64,000 nt of DNA from Candidatus Anstonellales archaeon (GCA_038890615.1 JAWAFI010000002.1:27815-91814); one strand, 5' to 3'; positions 39,710-50,616 are shown, numbered from the stretch's first letter. The notes: generated by a model from the sequence alone, not told the origin. Numbers and translations are program-made.

Positions 39710-41431
39710 CTACACTATTGATATTAAAAATATTATCGCAACAAGAGCAAGGGCTATGATAAGAGGGAGCAGTATTTTCGCAACTGCCATTATTGCGTTT
39801 GCAGTGCTTATTATCTCTATGGCACTGGAGAAGCCGAAAACCTTTTGCTCAACCCTTTCTTCTATGTACTTTGCCTTTGCAGGCACCATCCTCTTTTCTG
39901 CTTCCTTTATCATTCCAACTATGAACCCTGCATGCCCTTTGCTGCCTTTAAGTGGGTTGAACACTCCCTTAACTGCATTCATCTCATGCGTGTCAGTGCT
40001 CATTACAATTACATTCATCCTGCCTGCCAGCCTCTTTATCTCTCTTGTTAGATTGTAGTCCACGCCATTTGAATCAATTACTACGAGCGCAGTCCTTGGC
40101 TCTGTTGAGAGGACAATTACAGAGACGCCTCCACCTCCCACCCCCTTCCAATCAACCGATTTCCTAATGAAGCCAACCTTAAGGTTCCTTTCCTTGCCTT
40201 TTTCCATTAAGCCGTCCCTTATTGCCATTTCGTACTCATGGAATTCCGGAGTAGCTGCATCAAACATCGTAATCTCTTCGGTGTCTGAATTGTGCTGGTC
40301 AACAAGAAAAGCTTTGCCTACAAACTTCTCTGCCTCCTTCTTTAATGCTAGCCCTGCGCCTATCGTGAGATCCTCAGTCACATAAGGGGCTCTAGTAATC
40401 ATAACCATTGCGAATTTTCCAAAATCAATTATTTCAGCTGATGCATTGCCGAAATTGCCCTTCTTGTAGGTGCATGCGCTTGAGTAAATCCCTTCTCCTT
40501 TGCTCCTTTCAATTATGTACTTAGCATACCTTTCAGCCTCTTCATGGGAAACCATGTTCATGTCATGGGTCACTGTTGAGTGCAAAGCAACTGCCTCTTT
40601 GTCTTTTGAGTAAAGCAAGTAGGGGAAAGCGCTGCTCCCTAGCATCTTGAATGGTCCATAATGTATCATAGGATTGACAAGCTTTACTGCCAAGCCTTGC
40701 CCCTCAAGGCATATGATCTGCATAGGGATTATAACGGTCTTAGCTATCCTTTCCATGCTTTCTTCAATTGAAAAATCCTCCCTGAACCACTGAGCTAGGA
40801 ACATCTGCACTGCATCCACTGTCTTTAGCCCAAAGGAACGCTTTCCAGGCGCATTTATTATGTTGAAGAAGAGGTATATGGCCCCTGTAAACACAGCGCA
40901 TGCAAGGAGGAACTTGAGCGCTATGGCTGCCGGGTCCATTCCAAGTATGTTCACTTCCATCAGGAAAAGGAAGTGGAATAATATGTGCACTGTGGCGAAA
41001 AGGAAAGCCCTTGTCTTCATCCCAAAAACCATCTTTCCTACTAGGAGCCAAAGCGCATACACAACGCCCCCGCCTATGAAAATCACAAATTCAAATGGTA
41101 TGCCTGCTGTGTTCAAAGCAAGATAAAGCCCATATGCTAGCAGGAGTATTATTTCACCTACAAAGGATGTTGCTATTATTCTTCTGAAAGGGACTTCCCT
41201 AAGAAAGAGCTTTAATACTACTGAGCTAAGCAATGAGGGAAAAGCAAAAAGCATCAGGGATATGAAAACAGATGCAACCACCCTTTCTGGAGTAAAAGGC
41301 CCATCTGAAATAAAGAAGTGGAATGCAGCAAATATCATTGAAACAAGGAAAATGCCCCCTGCAAAATACTCAGACCTTGGAAGGTCTATGAACCCCTTTG
41401 TTACCTTAAGCGCCTCATTGGCTGCCTTCAT
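39710..41431 (-). CDS. DUF2070-family membrane protein
   Basis: N-terminal TM bundle; HYGPF..LGSS, H..HD, DQHN, DSNG, STDTH motifs; ATGA overlap with the radical SAM gene. Confidence 0.8.
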   Translation of the reverse strand: MKAANEALKVTKGFIDLPRSEYFAGGIFLVSMIFAAFHFFISDGPFTPERVVASVFISLMLFAFPSLLSSVVLKLFLREVPFRRIIATSFVGEIILLLAYGLYLALNTAGIPFEFVIFIGGGVVYALWLLVGKMVFGMKTRAFLFATVHILFHFLFLMEVNILGMDPAAIALKFLLACAVFTGAIYLFFNIINAPGKRSFGLKTVDAVQMFLAQWFREDFSIEESMERIAKTVIIPMQIICLEGQGLAVKLVNPMIHYGPFKMLGSSAFPYLLYSKDKEAVALHSTVTHDMNMVSHEEAERYAKYIIERSKGEGIYSSACTYKKGNFGNASAEIIDFGKFAMVMITRAPYVTEDLTIGAGLALKKEAEKFVGKAFLVDQHNSDTEEITMFDAATPEFHEYEMAIRDGLMEKGKERNLKVGFIRKSVDWKGVGGGGVSVIVLSTEPRTALVVIDSNGVDYNLTREIKRLAGRMNVIVMSTDTHEMNAVKGVFNPLKGSKGHAGFIVGMIKEAEKRMVPAKAKYIEERVEQKVFGFSSAIEIISTANAIMAVAKILLPLIIALALVAIIFLISIV

Positions 41432-42432
41432 CCGACTTTCACCACTATGTTCTGCTTGGCTCCGCAGTGCGGGCACCTGTCCCCTTCAAGCATAATCCTT
41501 TCAACATCAAATCCACTCCTCTCTATTAGCATTGCCCTGCATTTATAACAGTATGTGCTCTCTGTTTCTTTATTTCTAATGTTGCCTGTGTAAACGTATT
41601 TCATACCTGCCTCCATGGCTATTTCCCTTGCCCTCAACAATGTGCTTATTGGCGTCCTTTGCTTGTCCATCATCCTGTATGCCGGGTAGAATGAAGTGAA
41701 GTGCAAAGGTACGCTTTTATCCAATTTTGCCACCCATTCTGCAAGCTGCATTATCTGCTCTGGCATATCATTCTCCCCAGGAATCAATAAGTTTATTATC
41801 TCAATATGCATTTTCTTATGAAGCTTCTTTATGCTGTCCAATACCCCTTCCATGTCAACCCCTCCGCATACCCTATCGTAGAACTTTTGGTCAAATGCCT
41901 TAAGGTCAACCCTCGCTGCATCAATATCACCCATGCTTTTTATGGCTTCTGGCGTCATATACCCATTAGTGACAAACACGTTGTAGAGCCCTTCTTTTTT
42001 CGCAAGTTTTGCGGTGTCAAGAGCGTACTCCATGAAAACAGTAGGCTCAGTGTAAGTGTAAGCTATCCCATCCGCCCTACCCTTGCTCAACCTAACTATC
42101 TCTTCTGGAGAAAGGTCATCCCCAATTATGTCTAATTTTTGCTGGCTTATATCCCAGTTCTGGCAGTGCAGGCATCTAAAGTTGCAACCAACAGTAGCAA
42201 ATGAGAAAACCTGCGTTCCTGGCATGAAGTGGAAGAACGGCTTCTTCTCTATTGGGTCTATCATGTACGAAACTGCCTTTCCATAGGCAATGGCATAAAG
42301 CTTCCCATCCCTGTTCTCCCTTATTCCGCAGTACCCTCTTCTTCCAGGAGCAATCATACATCGCCTTCTGCATAGGTTGCATATAGCAAACTTATCTTCG
42401 CCTTTCTTCCACCACCTAGCCTCTTTGGCCAT
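41428..42432 (-). CDS. AmmeMemoRadiSam-type radical SAM enzyme
   Basis: CNLCRRRC, DPIEKKPFFHF, GCNFRCLHCQNW, YTYTEP. Confidence 0.92.
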   Translation of the reverse strand: MAKEARWWKKGEDKFAICNLCRRRCMIAPGRRGYCGIRENRDGKLYAIAYGKAVSYMIDPIEKKPFFHFMPGTQVFSFATVGCNFRCLHCQNWDISQQKLDIIGDDLSPEEIVRLSKGRADGIAYTYTEPTVFMEYALDTAKLAKKEGLYNVFVTNGYMTPEAIKSMGDIDAARVDLKAFDQKFYDRVCGGVDMEGVLDSIKKLHKKMHIEIINLLIPGENDMPEQIMQLAEWVAKLDKSVPLHFTSFYPAYRMMDKQRTPISTLLRAREIAMEAGMKYVYTGNIRNKETESTYCYKCRAMLIERSGFDVERIMLEGDRCPHCGAKQNIVVKVG

Positions 42433-42469
42433 GACAATTTCTTTATGGGGTCCTTTAAATCATTTCCTT

Positions 42470-43492
42470 TTATCTTTTTGCCTCCTTAAGCATCTTCTTT
42501 ATGCTGCTGTCAAAAGCCATATCCATGGCGCTATTCCCTTCAAAGTCCTTAACTGATGGATTAGCGCCATTTTGAAGAAGCAGTTCCACTACTTCTTTAT
42601 ATCCGTTGATAACCGCCCACATAAGCGCTGTCTTGCCGTTTTCATCCTGCGCGTCTAGCTTTGCCCCTGCCTTTATTAGGGCTTCTGCGCTTTCCTTCTG
42701 CCCATTCATTGCTGCCATAATAAGGGCGCTCTTTCCTTTGTTGGTATTGACATCAGCCCCTGCCCTAATAAGCATCTCAATAACAGCAGTGTGCCCATTA
42801 GCAGCTGCCCCCATAAGCGCTGTCCAGCCGCTTGCTTCAACAGCATTTACATTAGCCCCTGCTTTTATAAGAATCTCTACAGTGCTCAAATGCCCGTTTC
42901 CAGCTGCCCACATAAGCAGCGTCCTGCCCCTTTTGTCAGCAGCGTTTACATCAGCGCCAGCCCTAATAAGCATCTCCACAACTTCTTTGTTCCCCCTGTC
43001 AGCAACTTCCATTGCCACCTTCTTTATCCAAGTGAAGTCTGCATTCACATTTGCTCCGTTGGCAATCAGCCTAACCACTTCCTCAAGGTTGCAGTTTTTC
43101 CTTTCAGAGCAGTTCCTTATTATTTGCACCCCAAGCTCTGCTGCTTTTTCCTCTCCTATGATTTTCCTGTTTTTTATATTTTCTCTTTTAAGTTCCTCAA
43201 ACGCCTCCTTATCCTCCTTCCCTTCCCTAATAGCCCCAACAACCCTCTCAACAACCTTCTCATTATGAAGCTTTTCTGAATTTTGCGCCTCAACCTTCTG
43301 CTCAGCCCCATACAGCGTTCTGTTTAATGCGAACGAAGCAGATGGTCCAAGTGCCATCCCTAATGAGACAAGCCCCAGCACAGCGAGCTCTTTTGTTTTT
43401 GTTAAAATCTTACCAAGCCTTCTTTCTTCAAGAGGGCTCTTAAGTAAAGGCTTTTTAGAGGATCCCTCAACCTCCCTTGTTTTCATTTTCAT
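42470..43492 (-). CDS. Ankyrin-repeat protein with signal-peptide-like segment
   Basis: About five to six GxTALMxAA/AGADVN units; hydrophobic LAVLGLVSLGMALGPSASFA before the family N-terminal domain. Confidence 0.92.
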   Translation of the reverse strand: MKMKTREVEGSSKKPLLKSPLEERRLGKILTKTKELAVLGLVSLGMALGPSASFALNRTLYGAEQKVEAQNSEKLHNEKVVERVVGAIREGKEDKEAFEELKRENIKNRKIIGEEKAAELGVQIIRNCSERKNCNLEEVVRLIANGANVNADFTWIKKVAMEVADRGNKEVVEMLIRAGADVNAADKRGRTLLMWAAGNGHLSTVEILIKAGANVNAVEASGWTALMGAAANGHTAVIEMLIRAGADVNTNKGKSALIMAAMNGQKESAEALIKAGAKLDAQDENGKTALMWAVINGYKEVVELLLQNGANPSVKDFEGNSAMDMAFDSSIKKMLKEAKR

Positions 43493-43536
43493 GCTAATAA
43501 CTATGCTCTAGCATATAAAAGAGTTTCGCTCTTGCG

Positions 43537-44298
43537 CTATGCCTCCTTCTCCCATTTCTCAAATGTTTCAAACGAGCTTTTCCTTACGTTTTCTATATGC
43601 TTCTTTATAACCTCTCTAATCTCTTCTGTTTTCGCTACATCAGCAGTGGTCTCTCCAAAATAATTTTTTATCAAGGGGTTGGCACCTGCGTCAAGCAGCT
43701 CCTTTACAATCTTCAAATGCCCATTTTCAGCAGCCCTCATAAGTGCAGTGTATCCTTCATCTCCCTTTGAATCAATATTTGCACCTGCCTTTATAAGTTC
43801 TTTCACAACCTTCCAGTGCCCCTCCTCTGCAGAAATAAGCAGCACACTGTCCCCAAACATGTCCTTAGCATTAACATTTGCCCCTGCGCCTATCAGCGCC
43901 TTTAACAATTTAAGATGGCCATTCTGTGCAGCCCAGCCCAAAGGAGTCTCATCGTACTCATCCTTTATTTCAATGTCTGCACCTTGGGCAATAAGCTTTA
44001 CAACCTTTGCTAAGTCGCTGAAGCTTGCTTTTTTGCATTCCCTCATTAGCTCTGCCCCAAGATACTCTGCCTTTTCCTCACCCACTTCCCTCTTCCTTTG
44101 CTCGTTGATTTCTTTAAGCCTATCAAAAGCCTCCTTATCCTCCTTGCCTCTTTTAATACTCTTAACAACTTCTTTTATAACTTCATCTTCACCTGCCATT
44201 CTTTTTTCAACAATGCTCTCCCCCATCCTGTCCTTTCCCTTTAAAAGTTTCTCCAGCAAACTCTTGATGAGGCCTTTTTTCATCCCGTCCTGTTTCAT
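43537..44298 (-). CDS. Ankyrin-repeat protein
   Basis: ETPLGWAAQNGH, GYTALMRAAENGH; family N-terminal domain. Confidence 0.92.
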   Translation of the reverse strand: MKQDGMKKGLIKSLLEKLLKGKDRMGESIVEKRMAGEDEVIKEVVKSIKRGKEDKEAFDRLKEINEQRKREVGEEKAEYLGAELMRECKKASFSDLAKVVKLIAQGADIEIKDEYDETPLGWAAQNGHLKLLKALIGAGANVNAKDMFGDSVLLISAEEGHWKVVKELIKAGANIDSKGDEGYTALMRAAENGHLKIVKELLDAGANPLIKNYFGETTADVAKTEEIREVIKKHIENVRKSSFETFEKWEKEA

Positions 44299-44376
44299 GA
44301 AAGAATTTCACTCCAAATGCTTTTAATTGTATTCCTCATTTCACTGAAAATAGTAATCATACGTCTGCCTTTGTCA

Positions 44377-44550
44377 TTAACATTGGATCCTAACAATATC
44401 AGCAGTTAAGTTCCTTTCTAGTTGGGTCATGCCATCTTCCAAGTGATTCTTGTACTTGAAGGCTTTATTGCTTTGATTCTCTTTATTCAAGCTCATCTGC
44501 TTCTTGACCGCGATATTTACTCCTAATGAATGCTTTCTTCCATCTCCCAT
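44377..44550 (-). CDS. Possible small hypothetical protein (57 aa)
   Basis: Manual translation MGDGRKHSLG...IVRIQC, divergent from alba; no recognisable motif. Confidence 0.25.
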   Translation of the reverse strand: MGDGRKHSLGVNIAVKKQMSLNKENQSNKAFKYKNHLEDGMTQLERNLTADIVRIQC

Positions 44551-44610
44551 TCAATATATTTTTAAACCATTAGGTAATTATACTAACGCAAAGCAATTAG
44601 AGGTGAGGAA

Positions 44611-44943
44611 ATGACAACAACACAACCAACAGCAACACAGAAGCCAGCGCAGGCACCAGCGCCGAGGCAGCAAAAGGAGGACAACTCTGTCTACGTTGGG
44701 AAGAAGGGGATAATGGGCTATGTGCTCGCAGTTGTGACCCAATTCAGCGGCACTGCCTCAACCGTAACTGTGAAGGCAAGGGGCAAGCTCATTTCCAGGG
44801 CAGTTGATGTAGCAGAGATAGTAAGGAACAGGTTCATGCCCAATGTGAAGATAAGCGAGGTGAAAATCTCCACAGAGGAGCTGACCTCAGAGGACGGCTC
44901 TAAGTCGAAAGTATCTGCAATAGAGATCGTTCTCTCAAAGTAA
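44611..44943 (+). CDS. albA: DNA/RNA-binding protein Alba
   Basis: [47 protein letters not shown]. Confidence 0.96.
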   Translation: MTTTQPTATQKPAQAPAPRQQKEDNSVYVGKKGIMGYVLAVVTQFSGTASTVTVKARGKLISRAVDVAEIVRNRFMPNVKISEVKISTEELTSEDGSKSKVSAIEIVLSK

Positions 44944-44972
44944 CCTCTTAACCTAACCTCCATTTTATACTT

Positions 44973-47531
44973 ATGATATCACGATTGGGCAAGGCATATA
45001 GCGATCATTATATATACTCCCTTCTGGAAGAGTCAGTTGCGACTTGGTTCAAGAAGGCTTTCGGGTCTTTCACAGAGCCGCAGAGGTATGCCATTGCTGA
45101 AATACACAAAAAGGAGAATGTGCTGATCTCCGCACCAACTGGCAGCGGCAAGACGCTCAGCGCATTCCTTGCCATAATTAACGAGCTCTTCGCTCTTTCT
45201 CAGGAAAAAAGGCTTGAGAACCAAGTTTACTGCATCTATGTTTCCCCTCTACGCGCTTTGAGCAATGACATAAAGAAAAACCTGTTGGATGTTTTTGAAG
45301 ACATAAAGGCCCAAGCCCTTCTTATGGGGAAAAAAGAAGCAGAGGAGATAAGGATAGGGGTGCGCACAAGCGACACAACGCAATACGAGCGCAGCAAGAT
45401 GTCTAAGAAAGCCCCGCACATCCTCATCACGACCCCTGAGAGCTTGGGAATTATCCTGAATTCTCCTGTGTTCTCCCAGCGCCTTAGAGGCACTAAGTAT
45501 GTGATAATTGATGAGATACACGCCTTGGCTGGCAATAAGAGAGGCACCCACTTAGCAGTAAGCTTGGAGAGGCTTGCGCTTATTGCTGATTTTGTGCGCA
45601 TAGGCCTGAGCGCAACAGTAAGTCCTCTGGAAGAGGTCGCGCGCTTCTTAGTAGGCTCAGGGCGCAGCTGCAAGATAGTTGATACTTCATCTTTGAAGAA
45701 AGTTGAGATAAGCGTGGAAACCCCTGTTGATGATTTCATTGCTTCCTCCTCTAAGGAGATTACAGAATCAATGTATTCCTTGATGGAAAGGGTTATCAAG
45801 GAAGGAAGGACCACGCTTGTTTTCACTAACACCAGGAGCGCAACAGAGAGGGTTGCCTACTTCCTAAAGCAGAAGCTGTCAATGGATGAGGTCCAGGCGC
45901 ACCATAGCTCGCTTTCAAGGGAGCATAGGCTTGAAGTAGAGTCAATGCTCAAGAAAGGGGAAACAAAGGTTGTGGTAAGCTCAACTAGCTTGGAGTTGGG
46001 CATTGACATAGGGGCAGTTGATTCTGTTGTGCTTATTACTTCACCGAAATCAACTTCTAGGGCGTTGCAGAGAGTAGGGAGGAGTGGCCATTCAATGAGC
46101 AGGGTTGCAAAGGGAATAATGATCGCGCTTGACAATGATGACCTTATGGAATGCGCCGCAATAAAGATAAAGGCAGACCAGAAGGACATAGACAAGGTGC
46201 GCATAATAGAGAAGCCCTATGATGTGCTTATCCAGCACCTTTTCGGCATGTCTATTGAGCGCAAATGGAAGGCAGAGGAGGCCTTACAAGTGTTCAAAAG
46301 GGCCTACCCTTACCGCTCACTCACTATGGAGGAGCTTGAGAAGGCACTCCTTTACTTAAGCGGATTTTTCTCAGAACTTGAGAACAAGAAGGTTTTCGCA
46401 AAGGTTTGGTTTGAAAATGGGGAATTTGGCAGGAGAGGGAGGCTAGCCCGCCTCATCTACTATTCCAACAGCGGCACAATCCCTGATGAAACGGGCATAA
46501 AGGTCTTCAGTGAATCCTCAAGATACATAGGCAAGATTGAGGAGGCATTCCTGGAGCGCCTTGCAGAGGGCGACCGGTTTGTACTCGGAGGCAAGGTATA
46601 TGAGTTCATAAGCTCATCTGGCTCAAGGGTGCTAGTGCGGGAATCATCTGGCAACCCTACGGTACCTGCTTGGTATTCTGAAATGCTGCCGCTAAGCTAC
46701 GAAACTGCGCTTTTCATAGAAGAGTTGCGCGAAGAGCTGAGCTCTTCAAAAGACCCCTATTCAATTCTACAAAACAAGTACCGCCTATCAAAACGAGCTT
46801 CAAAAGCCCTTTCAAAATACATTGAAGAGCAGAAGCTTGCATGGTGCCCTTCCAGATCCAAGTTCTTCATAGAGCACTATTCCACTGAGAACATGTATAT
46901 CTTCCATGCTTGTGCAGGAAGGAAGGCCAATGATGCTCTAGCACGCGCAATTGCCTACCGCATTGGGAGGAAAAAGAAATGCAACATAGCGCTAAGTGTA
47001 TTGGACCATGGTTTCGTGCTTACCTTGCCTAAAGGCATAATCCTTTCGAAAGAGGATATCTCTTCATCACTTTACCCTGATTTCTTTGAGAGCGATGTAA
47101 GGTCCTCAATAAAAAATTCCGAGGTCCTGAAAAGGAGGTTCAGGCATGTTGCACTTCGCTCTTTCCTTGTGCTGCGCTCCTACAAAGGGATTGATATAGG
47201 CATTGACAAACAGCAGATAAATGCAGAGAACCTTTTGAAATTCCTTGAAAGGAACTATAAGGATTTCCCTGTGCTTGATGAGGCATACAGGGAAGTGCTC
47301 TATGATTATATGCATATAGATGAGGCTCTTGATTATATGGGAAGGATGGCTGAAAAGGAATTGGTGCTTATAAGCACCTCCTCCCCAAGCCCATTCTCCT
47401 TCAACCTTATTGTTTCAGGCACAAGCGACATTGTGCTGATGGAAAGCAGGCACGAATACATAAAAAAGCTCTATGCAAGGTTTATGGAAGGTGCATCCAA
47501 TGCTGGGAAAAGGAAGGGAGCTAACCCCTGA
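44973..47531 (+). CDS. lhr: Lhr-family ATP-dependent helicase (Lhr-core)
   Basis: APTGSGKT, SPLRALSND, TTPES, DEIH, RIGLSAT, LELGIDIG, QRVGRSGH, GTIPD. Confidence 0.93.
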   Translation: MISRLGKAYSDHYIYSLLEESVATWFKKAFGSFTEPQRYAIAEIHKKENVLISAPTGSGKTLSAFLAIINELFALSQEKRLENQVYCIYVSPLRALSNDIKKNLLDVFEDIKAQALLMGKKEAEEIRIGVRTSDTTQYERSKMSKKAPHILITTPESLGIILNSPVFSQRLRGTKYVIIDEIHALAGNKRGTHLAVSLERLALIADFVRIGLSATVSPLEEVARFLVGSGRSCKIVDTSSLKKVEISVETPVDDFIASSSKEITESMYSLMERVIKEGRTTLVFTNTRSATERVAYFLKQKLSMDEVQAHHSSLSREHRLEVESMLKKGETKVVVSSTSLELGIDIGAVDSVVLITSPKSTSRALQRVGRSGHSMSRVAKGIMIALDNDDLMECAAIKIKADQKDIDKVRIIEKPYDVLIQHLFGMSIERKWKAEEALQVFKRAYPYRSLTMEELEKALLYLSGFFSELENKKVFAKVWFENGEFGRRGRLARLIYYSNSGTIPDETGIKVFSESSRYIGKIEEAFLERLAEGDRFVLGGKVYEFISSSGSRVLVRESSGNPTVPAWYSEMLPLSYETALFIEELREELSSSKDPYSILQNKYRLSKRASKALSKYIEEQKLAWCPSRSKFFIEHYSTENMYIFHACAGRKANDALARAIAYRIGRKKKCNIALSVLDHGFVLTLPKGIILSKEDISSSLYPDFFESDVRSSIKNSEVLKRRFRHVALRSFLVLRSYKGIDIGIDKQQINAENLLKFLERNYKDFPVLDEAYREVLYDYMHIDEALDYMGRMAEKELVLISTSSPSPFSFNLIVSGTSDIVLMESRHEYIKKLYARFMEGASNAGKRKGANP

Positions 47532-48231
47532 AGGCGCTTTCGTAGACAGCCGCACCTCTACAGGCGCAATAGCAGACCTTCATATAGGTTATGAGCACGG
47601 CGCAGGGGCCCTTATGCTGCGCTCCCAAACTTATGACATGCTTAAGAAAGCAAAATCCCTTATTCTCAGGCATTCGCTCAGGCGCCTTGTCCTTTTAGGG
47701 GACATAAAGCACGGCTTCTCAATGAAGTCAGAGCAAGAAAGGAGCGAGCTGAAGCTTTTCCTATCCTCCTTGTCATCCATTGCAGAAGTAATAATAACTA
47801 TGGGCAACCACGACAGCGGGATTAAGCAATTTGCCTCTTCGTATGCTGAGCTTGTTGATTTTTTTGATGATGGCAAAAACATTTACTACCATGGCCATCT
47901 GTCTGTAGATGCGCCTTCTTCCAGGCTGCGCGTGCTTGGAAACGAGCACCCTGCCCTTAAACTCAGGGACGAGGTTGGGGCGCTATATTCCTACCCAGCC
48001 TTCCTTTTATTCCGCAAAAGGAAAGTTCTTGTGCTCCCAACCTTCAACCCATGGGCATATGGCACTAATGTGCTTGCTATTCAAAAAGGCGCCTTCCTCT
48101 CCCCGGATTTGAAGGCCCTTGACCCTGAAGAAGCAGAGGTCTATGTTATTTCCGAGGGAGTAATATTTTTTAAAACCATCAGGGAAATAAAGGAGTATGT
48201 GGGAAAAGAGGATTCCTGTAAAAGAAGCTAA
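47500..48231 (+). CDS. Lhr-associated metallophosphoesterase (MJ0037/PdeM-like)
   Basis: ADLHIGYE, GDIKH, GNHD, HGH, EHP, LPTFN. Confidence 0.88.
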   Translation: MLGKGRELTPEGAFVDSRTSTGAIADLHIGYEHGAGALMLRSQTYDMLKKAKSLILRHSLRRLVLLGDIKHGFSMKSEQERSELKLFLSSLSSIAEVIITMGNHDSGIKQFASSYAELVDFFDDGKNIYYHGHLSVDAPSSRLRVLGNEHPALKLRDEVGALYSYPAFLLFRKRKVLVLPTFNPWAYGTNVLAIQKGAFLSPDLKALDPEEAEVYVISEGVIFFKTIREIKEYVGKEDSCKRS

Positions 48232-49468
48232 ATCGTTGCGGGGCCCCGTTGAGATTGCAGGATGGGCGCATGAGGTTAGAAGCATAGGCAAGCTTAAGTT
48301 CATAATACTAAGGGACAGCACCGGAAAAGTGCAGGTTATGCTTAAGCAGGGCATAGTGCCTGATGAGCTGCTCAGCCTCCACATTAACAAGGAGGACTTC
48401 CTTTATGTAAAAGGCCAGGTTGTTGACAGCAAGTTTGCCCAAGACGGGGTTGAGGTAATCCCTCATTCAATTGAGATTTTGGGAAAGGTAGGGAAAAAGC
48501 TCCCTGTTGACCCTGCAGGGGTTGTTGAAAGCGACTTTGACACACGCCTCAACTACCGCTACATTGACCTGCGGAGGAAGGAGGTTTCTGATGTTTTCCG
48601 CATAAAGTCAATAGTTTCCAACGCTTTCAGGAGCTTTGCAGTGCAGAATGGCTTTGTTGAGATTCATACTCCTTCCTTGGTTGGAGCTGCAACGGAGGGA
48701 GGAGCAGACCTGTTTGAGGTGGAATATTTTGAGCGGAAGGCATACCTTGCCCAATCTCCGCAGCTCTACAAAGAGATGGCCGTCCTTGGGGGGTTGGAGA
48801 AAGTTTTCATGCAAGTGCCTGTATTCAGGGCTGAAAAGCACAACACCGTTACCCACTTGAATGAAATAATACAGATGGATGTAGAGATGGCACTGGTTGA
48901 CTGCATAGGCGCAATGGATTGGCTTGAGAAGTTCTTCCTGCATATCTGCAAAGAAGCAGTTTCATCTCCTGTTGGAGAGGAGTACAGCCTTGCTGCTCCA
49001 AAGAAAGTTATGCGCTTAACCTATTCAGAGATAGTTGACAGGCTAAACTCAGAAGGCGCCTCTATCGAGTGGGGAAGGGACTTTACGAAGGAGGAGGAAA
49101 AGAAGATCGCAGAGATTGTTGGGCGCGATGCATTTTTCATATATGAATGGCCAACAGAGGTAAGGGCGTTCTACTCAATGCCCAAGGACGACAGAGTTTG
49201 CAATGCGTTCGACCTGATCTACAAAGGCCTTGAAATAAGCAGCGGAGCCCAAAGAATCCATGTGCCTGAGCTCTTGGAAGCCCAGCTTTCAAAAAGGGGG
49301 CTTAACCCGCAAGACTTCTCGTTTTTCATAGATGCATTCTATTATGGGGCCCCACCCCACTCGGGCTGGAGCATAGGGCTTGAGAGGCTTGTGATGAAGC
49401 TAATGAATCTTCCAAACATAAGGGATGCAATGCTTTTCCCACGCGATAGGATGAGGCTGCACCCATAA
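48197..49468 (+). CDS. aspS: Aspartate--tRNA ligase (archaeal)
   Basis: IAGWAHEVR, TRLNYRYIDLR, YLAQSPQLYK, FRAE, EISSGAQR, PPHSGWSIGLER, LFPRD. Confidence 0.96.
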   Translation: MWEKRIPVKEAKSLRGPVEIAGWAHEVRSIGKLKFIILRDSTGKVQVMLKQGIVPDELLSLHINKEDFLYVKGQVVDSKFAQDGVEVIPHSIEILGKVGKKLPVDPAGVVESDFDTRLNYRYIDLRRKEVSDVFRIKSIVSNAFRSFAVQNGFVEIHTPSLVGAATEGGADLFEVEYFERKAYLAQSPQLYKEMAVLGGLEKVFMQVPVFRAEKHNTVTHLNEIIQMDVEMALVDCIGAMDWLEKFFLHICKEAVSSPVGEEYSLAAPKKVMRLTYSEIVDRLNSEGASIEWGRDFTKEEEKKIAEIVGRDAFFIYEWPTEVRAFYSMPKDDRVCNAFDLIYKGLEISSGAQRIHVPELLEAQLSKRGLNPQDFSFFIDAFYYGAPPHSGWSIGLERLVMKLMNLPNIRDAMLFPRDRMRLHP

Positions 49469-50616
49469 TGCCAAGCCCCTCCACTTTTTTTGTCCATGAG
49501 ATCTCTGAAACGGGCAGGATTGCAGGCATTGACAATTTCTCTGGGGGCGCAGGGCCGTATACTCGCTTCGTGCTTAAAAAAAGCTTATGGGCAACGCCTG
49601 ATGCAATAAGGGTCATTTCAAAAGCCCTGAGGGTGGGGGCAAGCAGGTTTGGCTATGCGGGCAACAAGGACAGGAACGCAACAACCTTCCAGCTTGTAAG
49701 CGCCTACAAAATCCCTGCTTCTTCGCTTTCTGCATTAAGTATAAAAGATATTTCATTAAGCGATTTCCATCTATCTGAATCCCCTGTAAGGATTGGAGCC
49801 CTTCTTGGCAACCGGTTTAAGGCAACTTTGCCCATTCCTGACGAAATAGTTGTTGGAAGGGCATCGCTTGTAGCCGAAATTCCAAACTTTTTTGGGGAGC
49901 AGAGGTTTGGCAACGTGCGAAGGAACACTGCAAAGGTGGGTTACCTCATCCTGAAAGGCCTTTTCCGCGATGCAGTGATGGAGATCCTAACATCCATTAA
50001 AGGGGAGAAGCACAAGGAAGCAATTGAAGCACGCAAAAGGCTAAGCGAAGAGCTTAACTTCTCGTCTGCGCTTGAGTATTTCCCAAGGCACCTAAAGTTA
50101 GAGCGCCTTATCCTATCCTCCCTTGCAGAGCATGAGCGCGACTTCATAAACGCGTTCAGGAGGCTGCCTATCCATGTGCGCACTCTCTTTGTCCATGCAT
50201 TCCAATCATACTTATTCAACCTTGAGCTAAAGGAAAGGATTGAGGAGGGGCCTCTTGAGCAGGAGCAGGGCGAATACTTTTGTGCTTCAAATTCCTACGG
50301 CTTCCCTGACATAGGTTCAAAAGGCGACCAATGGTTTGTTGGAAAGCTTATAGGATATGAGTCAGTGCTCAGCAAAAGGCAGGAAGAGCTTCTCTCCTCT
50401 TTTGGGCTTAAGAAAGAGGATTTCAAGGTAAGGCAGATGCCTGAGCTTTCTGCAAAAGGCTCTTTCAGGGCTCTTTTTGTGCCTGTACTTGATTTCAAGA
50501 TGCCTATTGAATTCTCCCTTCCCAAAGGGGCCTATGCTACGGTATTCTTAAATTTCTTGGAGAGAAAGGAATTTCTCCCTTCAGAATTTTTTGAGCGCGA
50601 TCTTCACGAGCTTTAA
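49468..50616 (+). CDS. truD: tRNA pseudouridine(13) synthase TruD
   Basis: YAGNKDRNATT.Q, GNRF, PNFFGEQRFG, HAFQSYLFN, FSLPKGAYAT. Confidence 0.95.
   Translation: MPSPSTFFVHEISETGRIAGIDNFSGGAGPYTRFVLKKSLWATPDAIRVISKALRVGASRFGYAGNKDRNATTFQLVSAYKIPASSLSALSIKDISLSDFHLSESPVRIGALLGNRFKATLPIPDEIVVGRASLVAEIPNFFGEQRFGNVRRNTAKVGYLILKGLFRDAVMEILTSIKGEKHKEAIEARKRLSEELNFSSALEYFPRHLKLERLILSSLAEHERDFINAFRRLPIHVRTLFVHAFQSYLFNLELKERIEEGPLEQEQGEYFCASNSYGFPDIGSKGDQWFVGKLIGYESVLSKRQEELLSSFGLKKEDFKVRQMPELSAKGSFRALFVPVLDFKMPIEFSLPKGAYATVFLNFLERKEFLPSEFFERDLHEL

Noticed and set aside
44973..48231. Lhr plus metallophosphoesterase as a novel defence system
   Set aside because: A well-known conserved pairing in archaea and bacteria
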